From contig CAJNYD010000005.1 in assembly GCA_905331295.1 (NCBI GenBank), forward strand, positions 1-64,000: a stretch of 64,000 nucleotides of DNA, written 5' to 3'. The translations under genes and the position numbers were made by a program. Each line of letters starts with the position of its first letter. Position 1 is the first letter of the stretch. Positions 11,350-22,998 of the stretch are shown here, in pieces. The notes under the pieces are model-generated. The model worked only from the letters and a program-made list of their open reading frames with translations. It made no database searches and was not told where the DNA came from. Origin of the DNA: Rotaria socialis. Lineage: Eukaryota.

Positions 11350-12463
11350 TACTTTTTTGCCAATAGCCACCTTCATCGTAGAAATAAGACCATCTTATAG
11401 AAAAAAGCTGAATGGTAAGGGTGACTGTGAGTTTCGGAACTGAAGATCAAGACCCTCACCCTAGTTTTTTATTTTGACAGTGCTTGTTCATTGCGTCATA
11501 TTTTGAGACGAGCAGTGTATCATTTTAGTGATCTATTGAAGCCTAATGAAATTTTACTAATTTGCTCAAGTAGAAATTCAATGTCATACAGATTAGATAT
11601 CGGCACATTTATTGATTTACCATTAAATCGAGAAAATCATTCGATCCGCTTTTCTTGAGACAAGCCATCTGGCCGAACCCATAAGGAGCTAGTTTTTAAT
11701 CTAAATCTTGCCCTCTACTTGCTATCACTGACATCTGCACTTGTGATTAATTTTGTATTTCAAAAAAATAAGAAATATTTAAAGTGTATGGATTAATTAT
11801 ACTGCCTTTTTAATATTGATGCAATAGTCAAGACACATTTTCAAAATAGATTTGAAATTAAAATTTACCAACGTATGATAATACTAATAGATTGGAAAAA
11901 AGAAAGGATATGCTAGATTCAGTCTAACAAATTATAGCAAACATAATCTATTTCAATATCAACATCATTTACCATACAACAATGATTCAGTTCATTTCAA
12001 GTTCATCTAGAATGTGAACGGAAAAGTTCCGATTAAAATAAAACTATGAATCATTATTAATTGCTGTAAAGCTAGTTTCTATTCAGAGCTGTAATTTTCG
12101 TGAATAGAGAATGAAATATACGTTAAAAATAAGAAACCATGTAAATATACAAGTCAAAGCATACTTTTATGCAATTGTTACTGTTCTCTATCTGTCTAAA
12201 CTTGATACGAATTTGTACTCCTACTTTTTTGGACTTTTCTAGTCATAGGGTCCTACAATAATTATTACGCCATTTATTTTCTTTACTTTTTACGTCAAGG
12301 AATAGATAACAACTGAGAATGTTATTTAGTGAATCACAATATGTGTTGATGGCGCAAGACGAATACGTCATAATCATATCGTATAAAAAGGCACCAACAA
12401 TCCTTTCATATCTCACTAGTATTTTGTCTGTAGGTTTCAATTTGAAATAAACTAATTCTTACA

Positions 12464-13244
12464 ATGAATACCGTGTTCATAATTCTGTCTGTGATTACCA
12501 CTTATATCGGTATGAATCCATTGCAAAACAAAGTGAAATACCTTTAGGATTGCATCTAGCTGTCTATTATAGGCTTCTCTGAATGCAACATTGCGACACC
12601 AATATCTGCTGAAAGAGTGAGCAGATACTGCTATTATTGTTCCAATTGTCCACGACCGTTCACTTCTGCCAGCCCATGGGTTACACAGGTGCCTTCAAAC
12701 ACCGGTTGGTGTGCTGTAAGTTTATTTCATTGTTAATTATCATCGATCTTGGCACATTCGACTAATAACTCTATTTACAGATGATGAGCACTACGAGTTC
12801 ACCTGATGGAATTTATACTCGAGGTGTTGCTCAGCCAGGTCTCTGCACTTCTAATGGGTGTTCGTGGAAGAATGTGGGTGGAGTCACTACATGGGTTTGC
12901 TGTTGTGATCAAGATCTATGCAATGCATATGTTCCACTAACTTGTTACTATTGTAGCACTTGTCCACGACCGTTTACTTCTGCCAGTCCATATGTTACAC
13001 AAGTGGTTTCAAACACCGGTTGGTGTGCTGTAAGTTTATTTTTTTTGATAGCGTCTGCGATCAGATCAGTTTGAAATAATGAATCTCTTTGCAGAAGATG
13101 AGCGCTACAAGTTCACCCGATGGAATTTATACTCGAGGCGTTGCACAACCAGGTCTTTGCAGTTTTAATAGTTGTTCATGGATGACTGTGAGTGGAGTTA
13201 CCACATGGGTTTGCTGTTGTAATCAAGGTTTATGCAACCAGTAG
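12464..13244 (+). CDS. Secreted Cys-rich protein with two tandem Ly6/three-finger-like domains (4 exons)
   Basis: Exons ~12464-12510, 12572-12715, 12781-13029, 13095-13244; signal peptide MNTVFIILSVITTYIG; two copies of CYYCSxCPRPF...GWCA...RG...C...C...VCCCxxxLCN. Confidence 0.8.
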
Positions 13245-13660
13245 CGGAGCAAAATTTTTGGGCTAGGGGTTTCACCCTTTCAGAAACTGTTGACCCATCT
13301 TGGAAACATGAAAATTTGGATTTATCAAATTTTGAATTAATTGTTTCGTATGGCTACTCTTTCTTAAGAATATAAGGTTAGTTAGCAAATAAAAAAAAGC
13401 AATGTTCAAGTTTACTATTTCAACATAATTCTTCTATTCATATGATTGGAAGAAAAATCTTCGACGATGCTGTCAAAACCAATGTTGAACTGTATTGTCA
13501 TTGTACCTTGTACCATTAAAATAGCATTTGGAAAAGCTTGTGCGAATACAGATCATTCACAATATAATTCTTTGATATCCTATAATACTTTATTTTTCAA
13601 CATTGGTCGCAAGACATTCAATTCATTTTGTAGTACATCAGGGTTGATATCACTTGAAAA
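13239..13660 (-). mobile_element. Degenerate hAT transposon 3' end with an internally deleted transposase C-terminus
   Basis: Minus strand 13654-13415 reads SDINPDVLQNELNVLRPMLKNKVL*DIKELYCE*SVFAQAFPNAILMVQGTMTI/QFNIGFDSIVEDFSSNHMNRRIMLK*, resembling the hATC dimerization region with the CERSFS core deleted; hAT-like terminus cagtagcgg at 13239. Confidence 0.65.
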
Positions 13661-14574
13661 ACAAAATCGGTACTCTACCGAACCTTAGAAGTTTCGCATT
13701 TCTGCACCGAACTATTTGAAGTTTCTTGGTGCACAAACCCTTTCGTGGTTCCCTTTCAAACATTTTTAAATTCAACAGATTTCATAAGGTTTAGCAGTTT
13801 GCGACGTAACTCTTTGAAGGTGCCGTAAAGTGGCTCGCGGATTCGTAGACGATCTGAAGATATCCCAGTTTTTGTAATTAATTCTTCACGGCTTTATTAT
13901 CTATATCAAAGTTTCGCATGCTTAGTACGAAATGGTATGCTGTTCAGAGCACTATCAAACTTTTTTTTGCTTTGTATTAATAACGATAACATCAGTATTG
14001 GCTTCGATAGGGGTCTTACTTCAGACTGCATATTTCCACAATAGAATCAAAGTCTCAACAAAGCTTGTCACTGGCATTTGTAAGGATCACAAAAAACGTC
14101 CCAAGAAATTAGTATGCATACTTCGCAAAAACAAATCAAAGTGTACGATCAAATCATGACTTAACTCGCATAAGGATACATAAAGCATGAACGTTGCTTA
14201 GACAATCGAGAAGTAGTTAATATAATATATAGAGCTGCGTGAATAAAATATCTAGTAGTCCAGCCAATACAAAAAACGTGTCGAAAATTCAAAATTTCAG
14301 AGAAAAAAGCTTTTGAACGAAATATGCGTGGTTGCATCCCATGTAAAACAATTTACGAGAAAAATCATCATATTCTTGATTATAATCGATTAGCACCACA
14401 AATAATTGATGAAAGTCGAGCAATTATGATTTGTTATTAATCAATCAGAATCGATTCTGAGTAATAGTCGATTTTCATCAGTATTTTATAATTTTTTTCT
14501 CGATTAAAATCCACGAAAGTTGATTCAGCTCTGGAATCGATTATAATCATCGAGATAGTTCGTTTGGTAAACTC

Positions 14575-15247
14575 AACTTTGGTCGAAAGTAAAAATGTCG
14601 ACAGTTAAAAATATCGAAAGTGCAAAATGTCGAAAGAAATTTATAAAAATAAAATTAAAAAATCTAAAAGAAGGAGTGTTTTGAAAGATATTCGATGAAT
14701 ATNAGGAGGAGTGTTTTAAAAGATATCCGATGAATATGTTATTATTGTAGGCAGTGGCGGATCTACCAGTTAGGCTACCCGGCCATCGCCACCCCCTTAA
14801 GAAACGTTTTCGATTTTCTCCAGCAGAAATGAAACAGAAAATAGTCGTCCTGTCTCAACTAGACTTGAAAAACCGTTTTTTGGTCACGAGCGCCACCCCC
14901 TAACAGATTTTATGGGTCCGTCACTACTTGTAGGATCGATGGCGACTTATGTTAGTTTAGATCTATCATTGATCTATCAGACATTGGTCACTTAGTACAA
15001 TGTAATAGAAAAGAATAAGAAAATTATTCTTCAATTATTCATTATTCGAGTGATAAATATACATATGGAAGCCGCCACGGAATCGACACGCAACATCAAC
15101 AGTGATTTAAATTTCATTTCTTCGAATCAGGGACAACCTCTTTTAATAATGAATCAATTCTGAACACGACCTTTTTCATGAATACCTACTCAGTTTTCGA
15201 TATTTTTACTTTTTCGTTTTTTCGACATTTTACTGTCGACCAAAGTT
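14575..15247 (+). mobile_element. Non-autonomous Mutator-like element with a FLYWCH-like 5' remnant
   Basis: Imperfect TIRs aactttggtcgaaagtaaaaatgtcga and tcgacattttactgtcgaccaaagtt; mini-ORF 15065-15163 MEAATESTRNINSDLNFISSNQGQPLLIMNQF* resembles the start of a FLYWCH domain. Confidence 0.6.
14752..14926. mobile_element. 175-bp hAT-type MITE nested in the Mutator-like element
   Basis: TIRs cagtggcggatc / ggtccgtcacta (9 of 12 match); 8-bp TSD attgtagg (14744-14751) / cttgtagg (14927-14934); internal cgccaccccct repeated. Confidence 0.8.
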
Positions 15248-15441
15248 CAAAGATTCTAAATTCGCATTGTTATTCTTCTAGGAACGTTTCAGTTGCGTTA
15301 GTCTGAACACAACATGACAGGATGATTAGTACACAAATTATGAAAATAGCTTCTCAAAACATTCTCACCGCCATATTTATTATTATTATTTTTAAAATTA
15401 TAATAAAACAAAAAATATGCAGATGTTAATAAATACAAAAA

Positions 15442-18400
15442 TTACAAATCTTGCAACATCGCCATACGTTTTGAAGCAGTACCCGAACTTGCTTTTTGTA
15501 TCGTGGAATATTTATTATCTCCAACGGCCAAATTTTCTTCGTAAGCTTTATCTAAAAATGTTTGTTTTTCTTCTATTTTTTTCGATTGAATAACATTTTT
15601 TAGGTCTTGCAATTGTAAGGCTAATTGTGCTTGTTTAGATTGTTTTTCAATTAAAAAGGCGCTAAATAATTAAAAGACAACAAGCAGCTAAAATATTCGG
15701 AATTCTCTCTCGTATTAAACAAACCGTTCATCAGTTTGATTTAATTCCTGGTTTCGAAGAGTCGGCCGGTACTAAAGTAGAAAGGAGGCAATCTCAATAA
15801 AAATTTCTTTCTCGCAAAATAATAATATTTTACTGGCGGCGGAGATAATGCTCTTGGTGATGAGGTTTGAACAAGATTCTGTTGTGCTTGTGTGGCAGCA
15901 TTTATAACAGCTATGGATTGATTCAATTGCGTTATAGAAAGTAGTTTTTCTCTCGCAGCTGCTTCAGCGACACGCCATTTTGCAACTTCAATTTTTAGTT
16001 CTTCTGCTTCTTTACGACTATCAAGATATACGAAAACAAAAAATTTCAATACATTTCTCTACTAAAATTTCGCTGTTACTATTATTATTAGTGTTAGTCC
16101 CTATTTCCCGTGTTTCTCTTTGTTAACTAACTGACCGTTTTTCAATAGTTGATGAAAGAAGAGAAAGTTCGCCACAACGACATGAAATGTACGCAGAATT
16201 ACTGCGTTTTGACTTAGTGAAGATTATTTGCAAACAAAAACAAAAAGAGAAAAAACTTACCTTTTTACGGAATCATTTACTAGTGTTGAAATAATTTGTT
16301 CACATTCACTGATTTGACGAGCATAAAGTCGTTTTTCTTCTTCATTCTATAGACAGAGAAACCAAAATTTGACTTTTTATACATTTGGAGATGTGTCTGT
16401 AGGTGTCAAAATTGAGTAAACAGCCTATCAGATAAATGATCTAACATAAAGAGTCGTTGTATCATTTGTCTGAACTCATCTTATAGCAATGAATATCTCA
16501 TGAAGATAGTACCGATTCGATACATTTCAAATAACACCTCGTTTTAATGTACGGTCTACTTTCTAATTGAATTTTAAGAGGACTAAATAGCACAATGATA
16601 TGAACAATCTCTCTATGATTAACAATAAAAAATACGTCGTATTTCCCATTTTAAGCTCTCAAACATTGTATCATTTGATTCTTAACTAGAAACAAAACAT
16701 ATTGAATAACTTACTCGACTGATTTCATATTTACATCGCTCCAGTTGAGTTTCAATTGCAAGTGCTTTTTCAGCTTGTAATCGAGCCTCTTCGTTACTTA
16801 TATGGGCTTTACGTGCTAGTAATTCAGCTGCTTCTTGATATTTGAGCTATCAAAAAAGAAAAAAGAATATATTCAACAAAACAAAAAGATCATAAATTTT
16901 AATGGCAAACCAATGTATCATGAATTTCTTTCATTTGCCGTTGATAATCATTAAATTTTCGTTCTATTTCGTCACGCTCTTTTTCAGCTTGTAAACGCAA
17001 TTGACGTTCTCGTGTAACTATACGATGCTTTTCCTAAAACAACACAAATGTGTATATTTGTGTGAATAGAAATCATCTTTTTTCGTATCGAATCAGAAAT
17101 GCATTTCTAGGATATTCAAAAATTCGAATAACAAGGTCAAACTAGAGCTGTTAAAATTCTTCAGCGTAAAACCTTGAGAATCGTACATATTTTTATTTAG
17201 CTGTGCCTATTCAATTAGAGTACAAATGAAGCGAGATATTAGTGTGTAAAAACGAAGTGCTTCGCTGCTTTTTTCCCCTGTAAACTTCAATGGACGAATG
17301 CTTCATATTTTACTAAACTGTTTCTAAACGATATGACTCGTAGAATCATGCATAAGCATTTAAATTTTCTTTTTTGAAAACAAAATCTCTATCATCGAAA
17401 TAAACAATATTTGACAAGCTACATTTGAGTGTGATAAAGTTGATTGAAAGTCGTAGTCTGTTGACCTTAATGTTTTTCATGACAAATAAAAATTAAAAAT
17501 CTCTTCTTAGTATTTGAATTGTTTACGGTATTATTATCAAGATTTTCTTGTCATTTTGTTTCATACTTCATTCAATCAACGAATCAGCCAGGACTTTAAG
17601 AAATATGTAACCAAAGTGCCATACTAATTCTTGAGAAGAAATAAATGCACTGTATACTTTGTCTTAGTGGTTCAAATAAATGAAACAATTTATAATGTTT
17701 CTTCTTGGTTTATAGTCAAACTTGAGACTATTTTAAGCAAATTCTTTATTTAGTAACAGTAACATCGAAAGTATACTGTGCCTTCCGTAGTCGAATTTCT
17801 AGTCTAGTTTGTTTCTACAGTGAATTTTTTAAAGACAAAAAACTCAAACTATTGATAAATATTTTTATTTTCTTACTTTTTGTTGTTGCTCTTCAAAATA
17901 TCTCATCTGTTGGATTTCAATTGTTTGTTCTCGTCGGCGTTTCATATACAGCTCATGATTACCAGTGGCTAGATCGAGTATCTAAAATATTTCGATTAAA
18001 AGATAACGAAAATAAAAAATAAAAATTTTCTTTTTGAAATTTACCTCTTTGCTTACAGATGATTTAGCAGCATAGAACGCAAATGCTGCACTTTTCTCAC
18101 CAGACATATTTAAAATAACCTTCAAAAAACTTAAAATAGAAATAATTTAATTATTTGTGTTGGCTTCAATACTTTTTTATCATGAGCTGCAACTGATTTA
18201 ATATCAGACCATGAGAAAAATACTTCCGGTCGTAGTTTATTTTTTTTATAGAAACGAATTCCCAATGAGTCTATGCCAAGCCAGAGATCCGCAGCAATAG
18301 ACGACTGATCTGATTGCTGCTGTGACGACGGACTTGACTTATTGGCTCCTTGCATTTTTGATATCTCAAAAAATGATAAACCAAACATATCTAAATCTTG

Positions 18401-19343
18401 TGCGTGTTTCAAATAAGCCATTTCAGAATCTTCACGTGTTAATGATGTATGTGTACGCCATAGCGCAACTATTCGAGCAAACCAATCCGCACGAGTTAAT
18501 TCAACTTTTTGAAAACAGGACAATGGTAATAAAGCCTCACTTTCTAAGTTCAGCGATTCCGATGATGAACTTAATTGATCATAATCACCGAACTAGAATG
18601 AAAACGAAAATCAACGATAGTTGTGGTTTCGATACTTGAATTTTGTTTACTTTGGCTTGAAGTGCAAGTGATGCGAGATGTGCAGCTGCATCCGGTGGGC
18701 AATAAATATCCATATTGAGAATATCTTGTTTAACTTGAAGATAGAAAAGATGCCGGGTTATATCTTGTATAAGTTCATTTGTAATTTCTTCGGGATAAAA
18801 TTTCACAACAAAATATAGTTCTAAAACATTTGCACATGGATGAGCACCGCTAGTTGATGACGACGGAAGACTTATGGTTGACATGGACGGAGACGTAGGT
18901 GGAGAACGAAGTAGATGAGGCTTAACATTGTCTGTTGCACTTGGCGATTCAGGTCTTCTAGATGAGATTGGATTTGACTGGATTTGTATTGGTTGAGAAG
19001 TTATCTAAGAAAATCAATTTTTTTTATTATAGAATGATCATAGAAAGAACATTTATACAGTTCGATTCATGTGTAACCATGTCCATTCATTAGTCAATTT
19101 ATCAAGGAATTTCAAACCGAAATACCAATGTTCTCGAAGGCCAATTGTTTGGCAAACAAGTGAAAATAGTGTATGACCTTTTGCTGTCGCCTATAAAAAC
19201 AAGCATGTATTTTTTTCTAACTAAATATGATATCAATCGATGTTATTACTTACTTCGATAGTAAATTGTAATTCAGCGTCCATCGTATATATTTTACAAC
19301 AATATTCATCGGATTTCTTCTTACTACTACTAAAGACAGGCAT
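15442..19343 (-). CDS. NF2: Merlin/ERM-family FERM protein, Merlin (NF2)-like; multi-exon
   Basis: Starts [96 protein letters not shown], coiled coil; C-terminus [26 protein letters not shown] is closer to Merlin than to the ERM actin-binding tail. Confidence 0.85.
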
Positions 19344-19561
19344 TTTTAGGCCGAATATACTGCCTTCTTCTACTCTTATATCTAAAGTTAGAATAAAAAA
19401 TTAGCTCTCATCGGTAGTTGATACATATTTCTTGTTAATATTTTTTTTTGCTTTCTCTATCTTTTAAATTGATACTACCTGAATAATAATTAATCGTTTA
19501 GTTTAGTGATATGTTTAGAAGATACTTCAGCTAGTCTCTTATATATTTATAAATATATGAG

Positions 19562-19589
<28 letters not shown>
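19562..19589. repeat. (TA)n microsatellite; similar tracts at ~23950, 24608, 30273 and 42399
   Basis: Direct reading. Confidence 0.95.
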
Positions 19590-19592
<3 letters not shown>

Positions 19593-19807
19593 GTCCCGTT
19601 CTTATTTTTTTTCTCATTGCCGAAAAACAGCAATGACAGCGACGCGTGTTTGACATTATCGACAAGAAATACATATGAGAGGAACAGAACCAATCGTTCT
19701 TTTTTTCTTCTTGTTTTTTTCCTGCTACGCAAGAAACCACATGCCATGCATACCTTTGTTCTCTCTATTTCTTTTTCTTTCCCTTTATTTTCTTATGTCT
19801 TTTATAG

Positions 19808-20739
19808 TTAAGTATAGACTTGTCGTAAATTGATATTGATGCGCTTGTCATGAATATAACTCCAACAGACTTTATCATTGTCATCCATATTAGTATATAA
19901 AATATCATTTAATAACGGATCAGAGAGTATGCGAGGAATAGCATGAAAACATAGACGACTTGCTCCTGTCATAAGTATAATATCACCGGTACGAAGAAGT
20001 ATTGGCGACGGTTTACATTCAGATTTTGTTTGACCACCAATAAGAAATACAGCTGAATTACCAAACGAAAATGATATAAGAGGTTTGGTTAAAGCATCAT
20101 ATTCTGAATGATCTGTATGTGCACATAAAGTAGAATTTATATGATAATAATTAACAATAGCTGCTTCAGGTTGCATCATTGGGCAATCTAAAAGAAGGAA
20201 AATACACAAATTATTTTAATTTTGTTCTGAATGAAATATATAGATTTCTTTGTATTACTTGTATTAGAAGAAATAACTTTTACAATTGTTTCACTTAATT
20301 GTACAAGTTCATTCGGTAGTTTTGTATGATCGTCTTGTTTATAGATTTTATTTGTCCAATCATAATGATAACCAAGTGTAGCCCAACGTATACGAGCTAA
20401 ATGTTGATTGTTACTATTATCACCAAGATTTGTTTTATCTTGTCGAGGATAAATAGTTATGCATCGGTCTATCCATTGGCGTTGACCAACGGATGTAAAT
20501 GGGTTTGAAAGAAAATAGAGGCCATCAGAAAATTTACATGAATAAAGAGACCATGTTGTTATGGGTTGTAAACCTAAGGATGGATCTACATCAATTGTGA
20601 CTGTTATCGGACAATGTTCAAAAAGTGTTGGATGAGTTCCGATTGAATATGCTTCTTTAAAACAATTGATATCAGGAAGACGACGAAAATATTTAAATAG
20701 TGGTGTGAATAGATCAATATCCTCGGATATTGTACTCAT
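19808..20739 (-). CDS. ALKBH1: AlkB homolog 1, Fe(II)/2-oxoglutarate nucleic acid dioxygenase (2 exons)
   Basis: GLYFLSNPF..GQRQWI, IRWATLGYHYDW, PEAAIVNYY, HTD (HxD), PLISFSFG, RLCFHAIPR, RININLRQV; intron 20188-20258 restores the frame. Confidence 0.93.
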
Positions 20740-22289
20740 GATGATTTCGATTTGATCTTTTCAATTTTCTCTACAACAGCTTGTTACTGTAACCAATCAT
20801 TGGTTACCAATGATTCATAAGTGTAACGGTTAGTTCAGTAGAGTGAACGAATTGTGTTACTTCCGACTATGTAGAGATTGATATTCACTGAGAAAATTGA
20901 ATTTAAAATAGCTGTCAAATGTTATGATGCAATAAATCTTACGAAAGATTAAAATCATATTCATCAGGACAAGTATGCCCTCTATAGACGGAGAAAAATA
21001 CAATGTTATGCTAAAATCGTCAGGTATTTACAACTAATATATTTGTATGAGTAAAGCTGTTGGTATTTGACAACGTAGTTGATAAAAATTTGTAATGCTA
21101 AAGGACTATCATAAAAGAAAACCTATTAATGATACAAGATCTCATAAAATGCTCGCATAAGAATAAAAGATTAATCTTTGCTTGTTGACCTATTAGAAAC
21201 ATATTTTAAGTCATGAATCTATGAGATAGAACAAACAATGTTAACCCATGCTTGATTTGACTTTCTACTTTGTTCTTGTTAAATAAATTGTCTATTAGAA
21301 ACATGCATAACTGTCATGTTACCTTCCCATGACATAAATTCGAATAGAACAAATGCAGAAGAACGAACATTCAGTAATATTGTCACTCTACCGATTATAT
21401 CCAATGAAGAGTTCAGATAAATTCCTAGATACGTGATATTATGTGAACAATTACGAATAAAAATATAATTTTAATGTTTGATTAATCGAAATAAAATAAA
21501 CATAATTTCTAAGTATAATGCTGGTATTAATCAAAAATGAATGAAATATATTCGAACAAGTTATTAATATAACATTCCTATGATCTGATTTTGATGGCCT
21601 CATAAAAATACTTCCTACACGAAAATACCATGCATAGTACTGATTTTTTTCGCGAGAAGTCTTTTCATAATCAACTGAAATATTTAATGCAATGCGAAGC
21701 ATCCAAAGTCAACATTTTTGTGACGCGATGATCTCAAGAACGGAATTCTGCCTGATGCTCGTTGAAACGGTTTTAGTAACATTAAGATCTCTATATGATA
21801 CAAATTTTGTCCGATTTCTCCCGTCGAATTTGATTTGAGCGAAGTAAAATATGGATCATATTTTTCAGTTAGCCGATTCCATGTTGAGATGAGCATTCAC
21901 CGATGTCTTAAGATAGAAAAGTAGAAACATGGGGAAATTTTACTTTATTATTTTGTGAGACATTTGCAAGCTGTTGGGCTCCATAGCTATCGATGAATCA
22001 AAGAAAAATGATGAGTAAATGCAAATCATCATATGTTTTGGTAACATATCAGCAATGTATTTCGCTCAAAGGAGAAAAGAACTTATTTGAACTGAATCTT
22101 TTTCGAAAAGATTCTTCATCTGATTCTTAACAAACGAATCCAATCCAATAAAATGCAAAAAATTCATTCTACCAATATACCTATTAGAGTAATACTGCGA
22201 TTATAGGATATTGATGTCCTGTTTCGATGGCTTTTCAACATGAAATTTTATTGTATAAAAGACAAGTTATCTAACTAAAGAAAACATGT

Positions 22290-22998
22290 TTCCTTTCCCC
22301 TAGACTGAAAGGATAGGGTCTAGAAACCGTAATTCACTTGTGTCTGTCTTTCTGTCTGTAACAATGGCACAAATGACCATTTTTATGGCTCAAACGGTTA
22401 TGTTTCTGGCACAAACGACCAATTGTCTAGGTGCAATTGACCATTTATATGACAGAAACAATCATTTCCGGGGGATAAGTGACCGTAGCCATGGTACAAA
22501 TGACCTTTTTATGCTAGAAATGACTATTTCTGTGGCACAAATGACCATTTTTCTGCATAAAGAGCATTGTTACGGCACAAACCATTGGCGGATGCATGAG
22601 ATGGTCACGTGAAACAGTCCACTCAGGAGATAGGGTTATTGGAGGGGACGAGCTGATCCTCCTACGGATCTTTGGGCTAACCACCGCGAAATACCTGAAG
22701 CATGTATTTTTGTGGCTAGGCAAGACTCAGCCGCTCCCCCACCTTGAGGAGATTTGAGTCGCATTCTGTCCGTCTTTCGTCTTCAATTTTAGTGCGGTTA
22801 GCTGAAACCTTTAATTCGTCTAATTCTTACCTGATTTTCACTTACTCCCACCTCCTTTACAGGCCTGTTTGAAAATATTATCACCAACTGCGGGCACAGA
22901 CAACCGATTTTCTGTCCGGCCCATGCATTTCTTCTGCTGAGCACTGCCAGTCTAGGGCCCAATGAATCGACTTTCGATGTCGATGAGCGTTACTTGTT
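22290..22998 (+). mobile_element. Helentron-associated (DINE-1/HINE-like) non-autonomous element
   Basis: Subterminal IRs ccctagactg (22298) / cagtctaggg (22948); short 5' IR; GTCT microsatellite at ~22342; 21-bp tandem array; 3' hairpin atcgac-tttcgat-gtcgat (22966-22984). Confidence 0.7.
22363..22552. repeat. About 9 degenerate copies of a 21-bp unit (consensus ~atggcacaaatgaccattttt)
   Basis: Direct reading; explains the periodic ORF 22340-22612. Confidence 0.85.

Noticed and set aside
13690..14170. Coding-like stretch next to the hAT relic
   Set aside because: Stops in all frames examined and no transposase motif recognised
19506..19811. Short ORFs containing YIYIYI
   Set aside because: Produced by the (TA)n microsatellite
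22340..22612. 90-aa ORF with 7-aa periodicity
   Set aside because: Translation of the 21-bp tandem array in a non-autonomous element; GTG start
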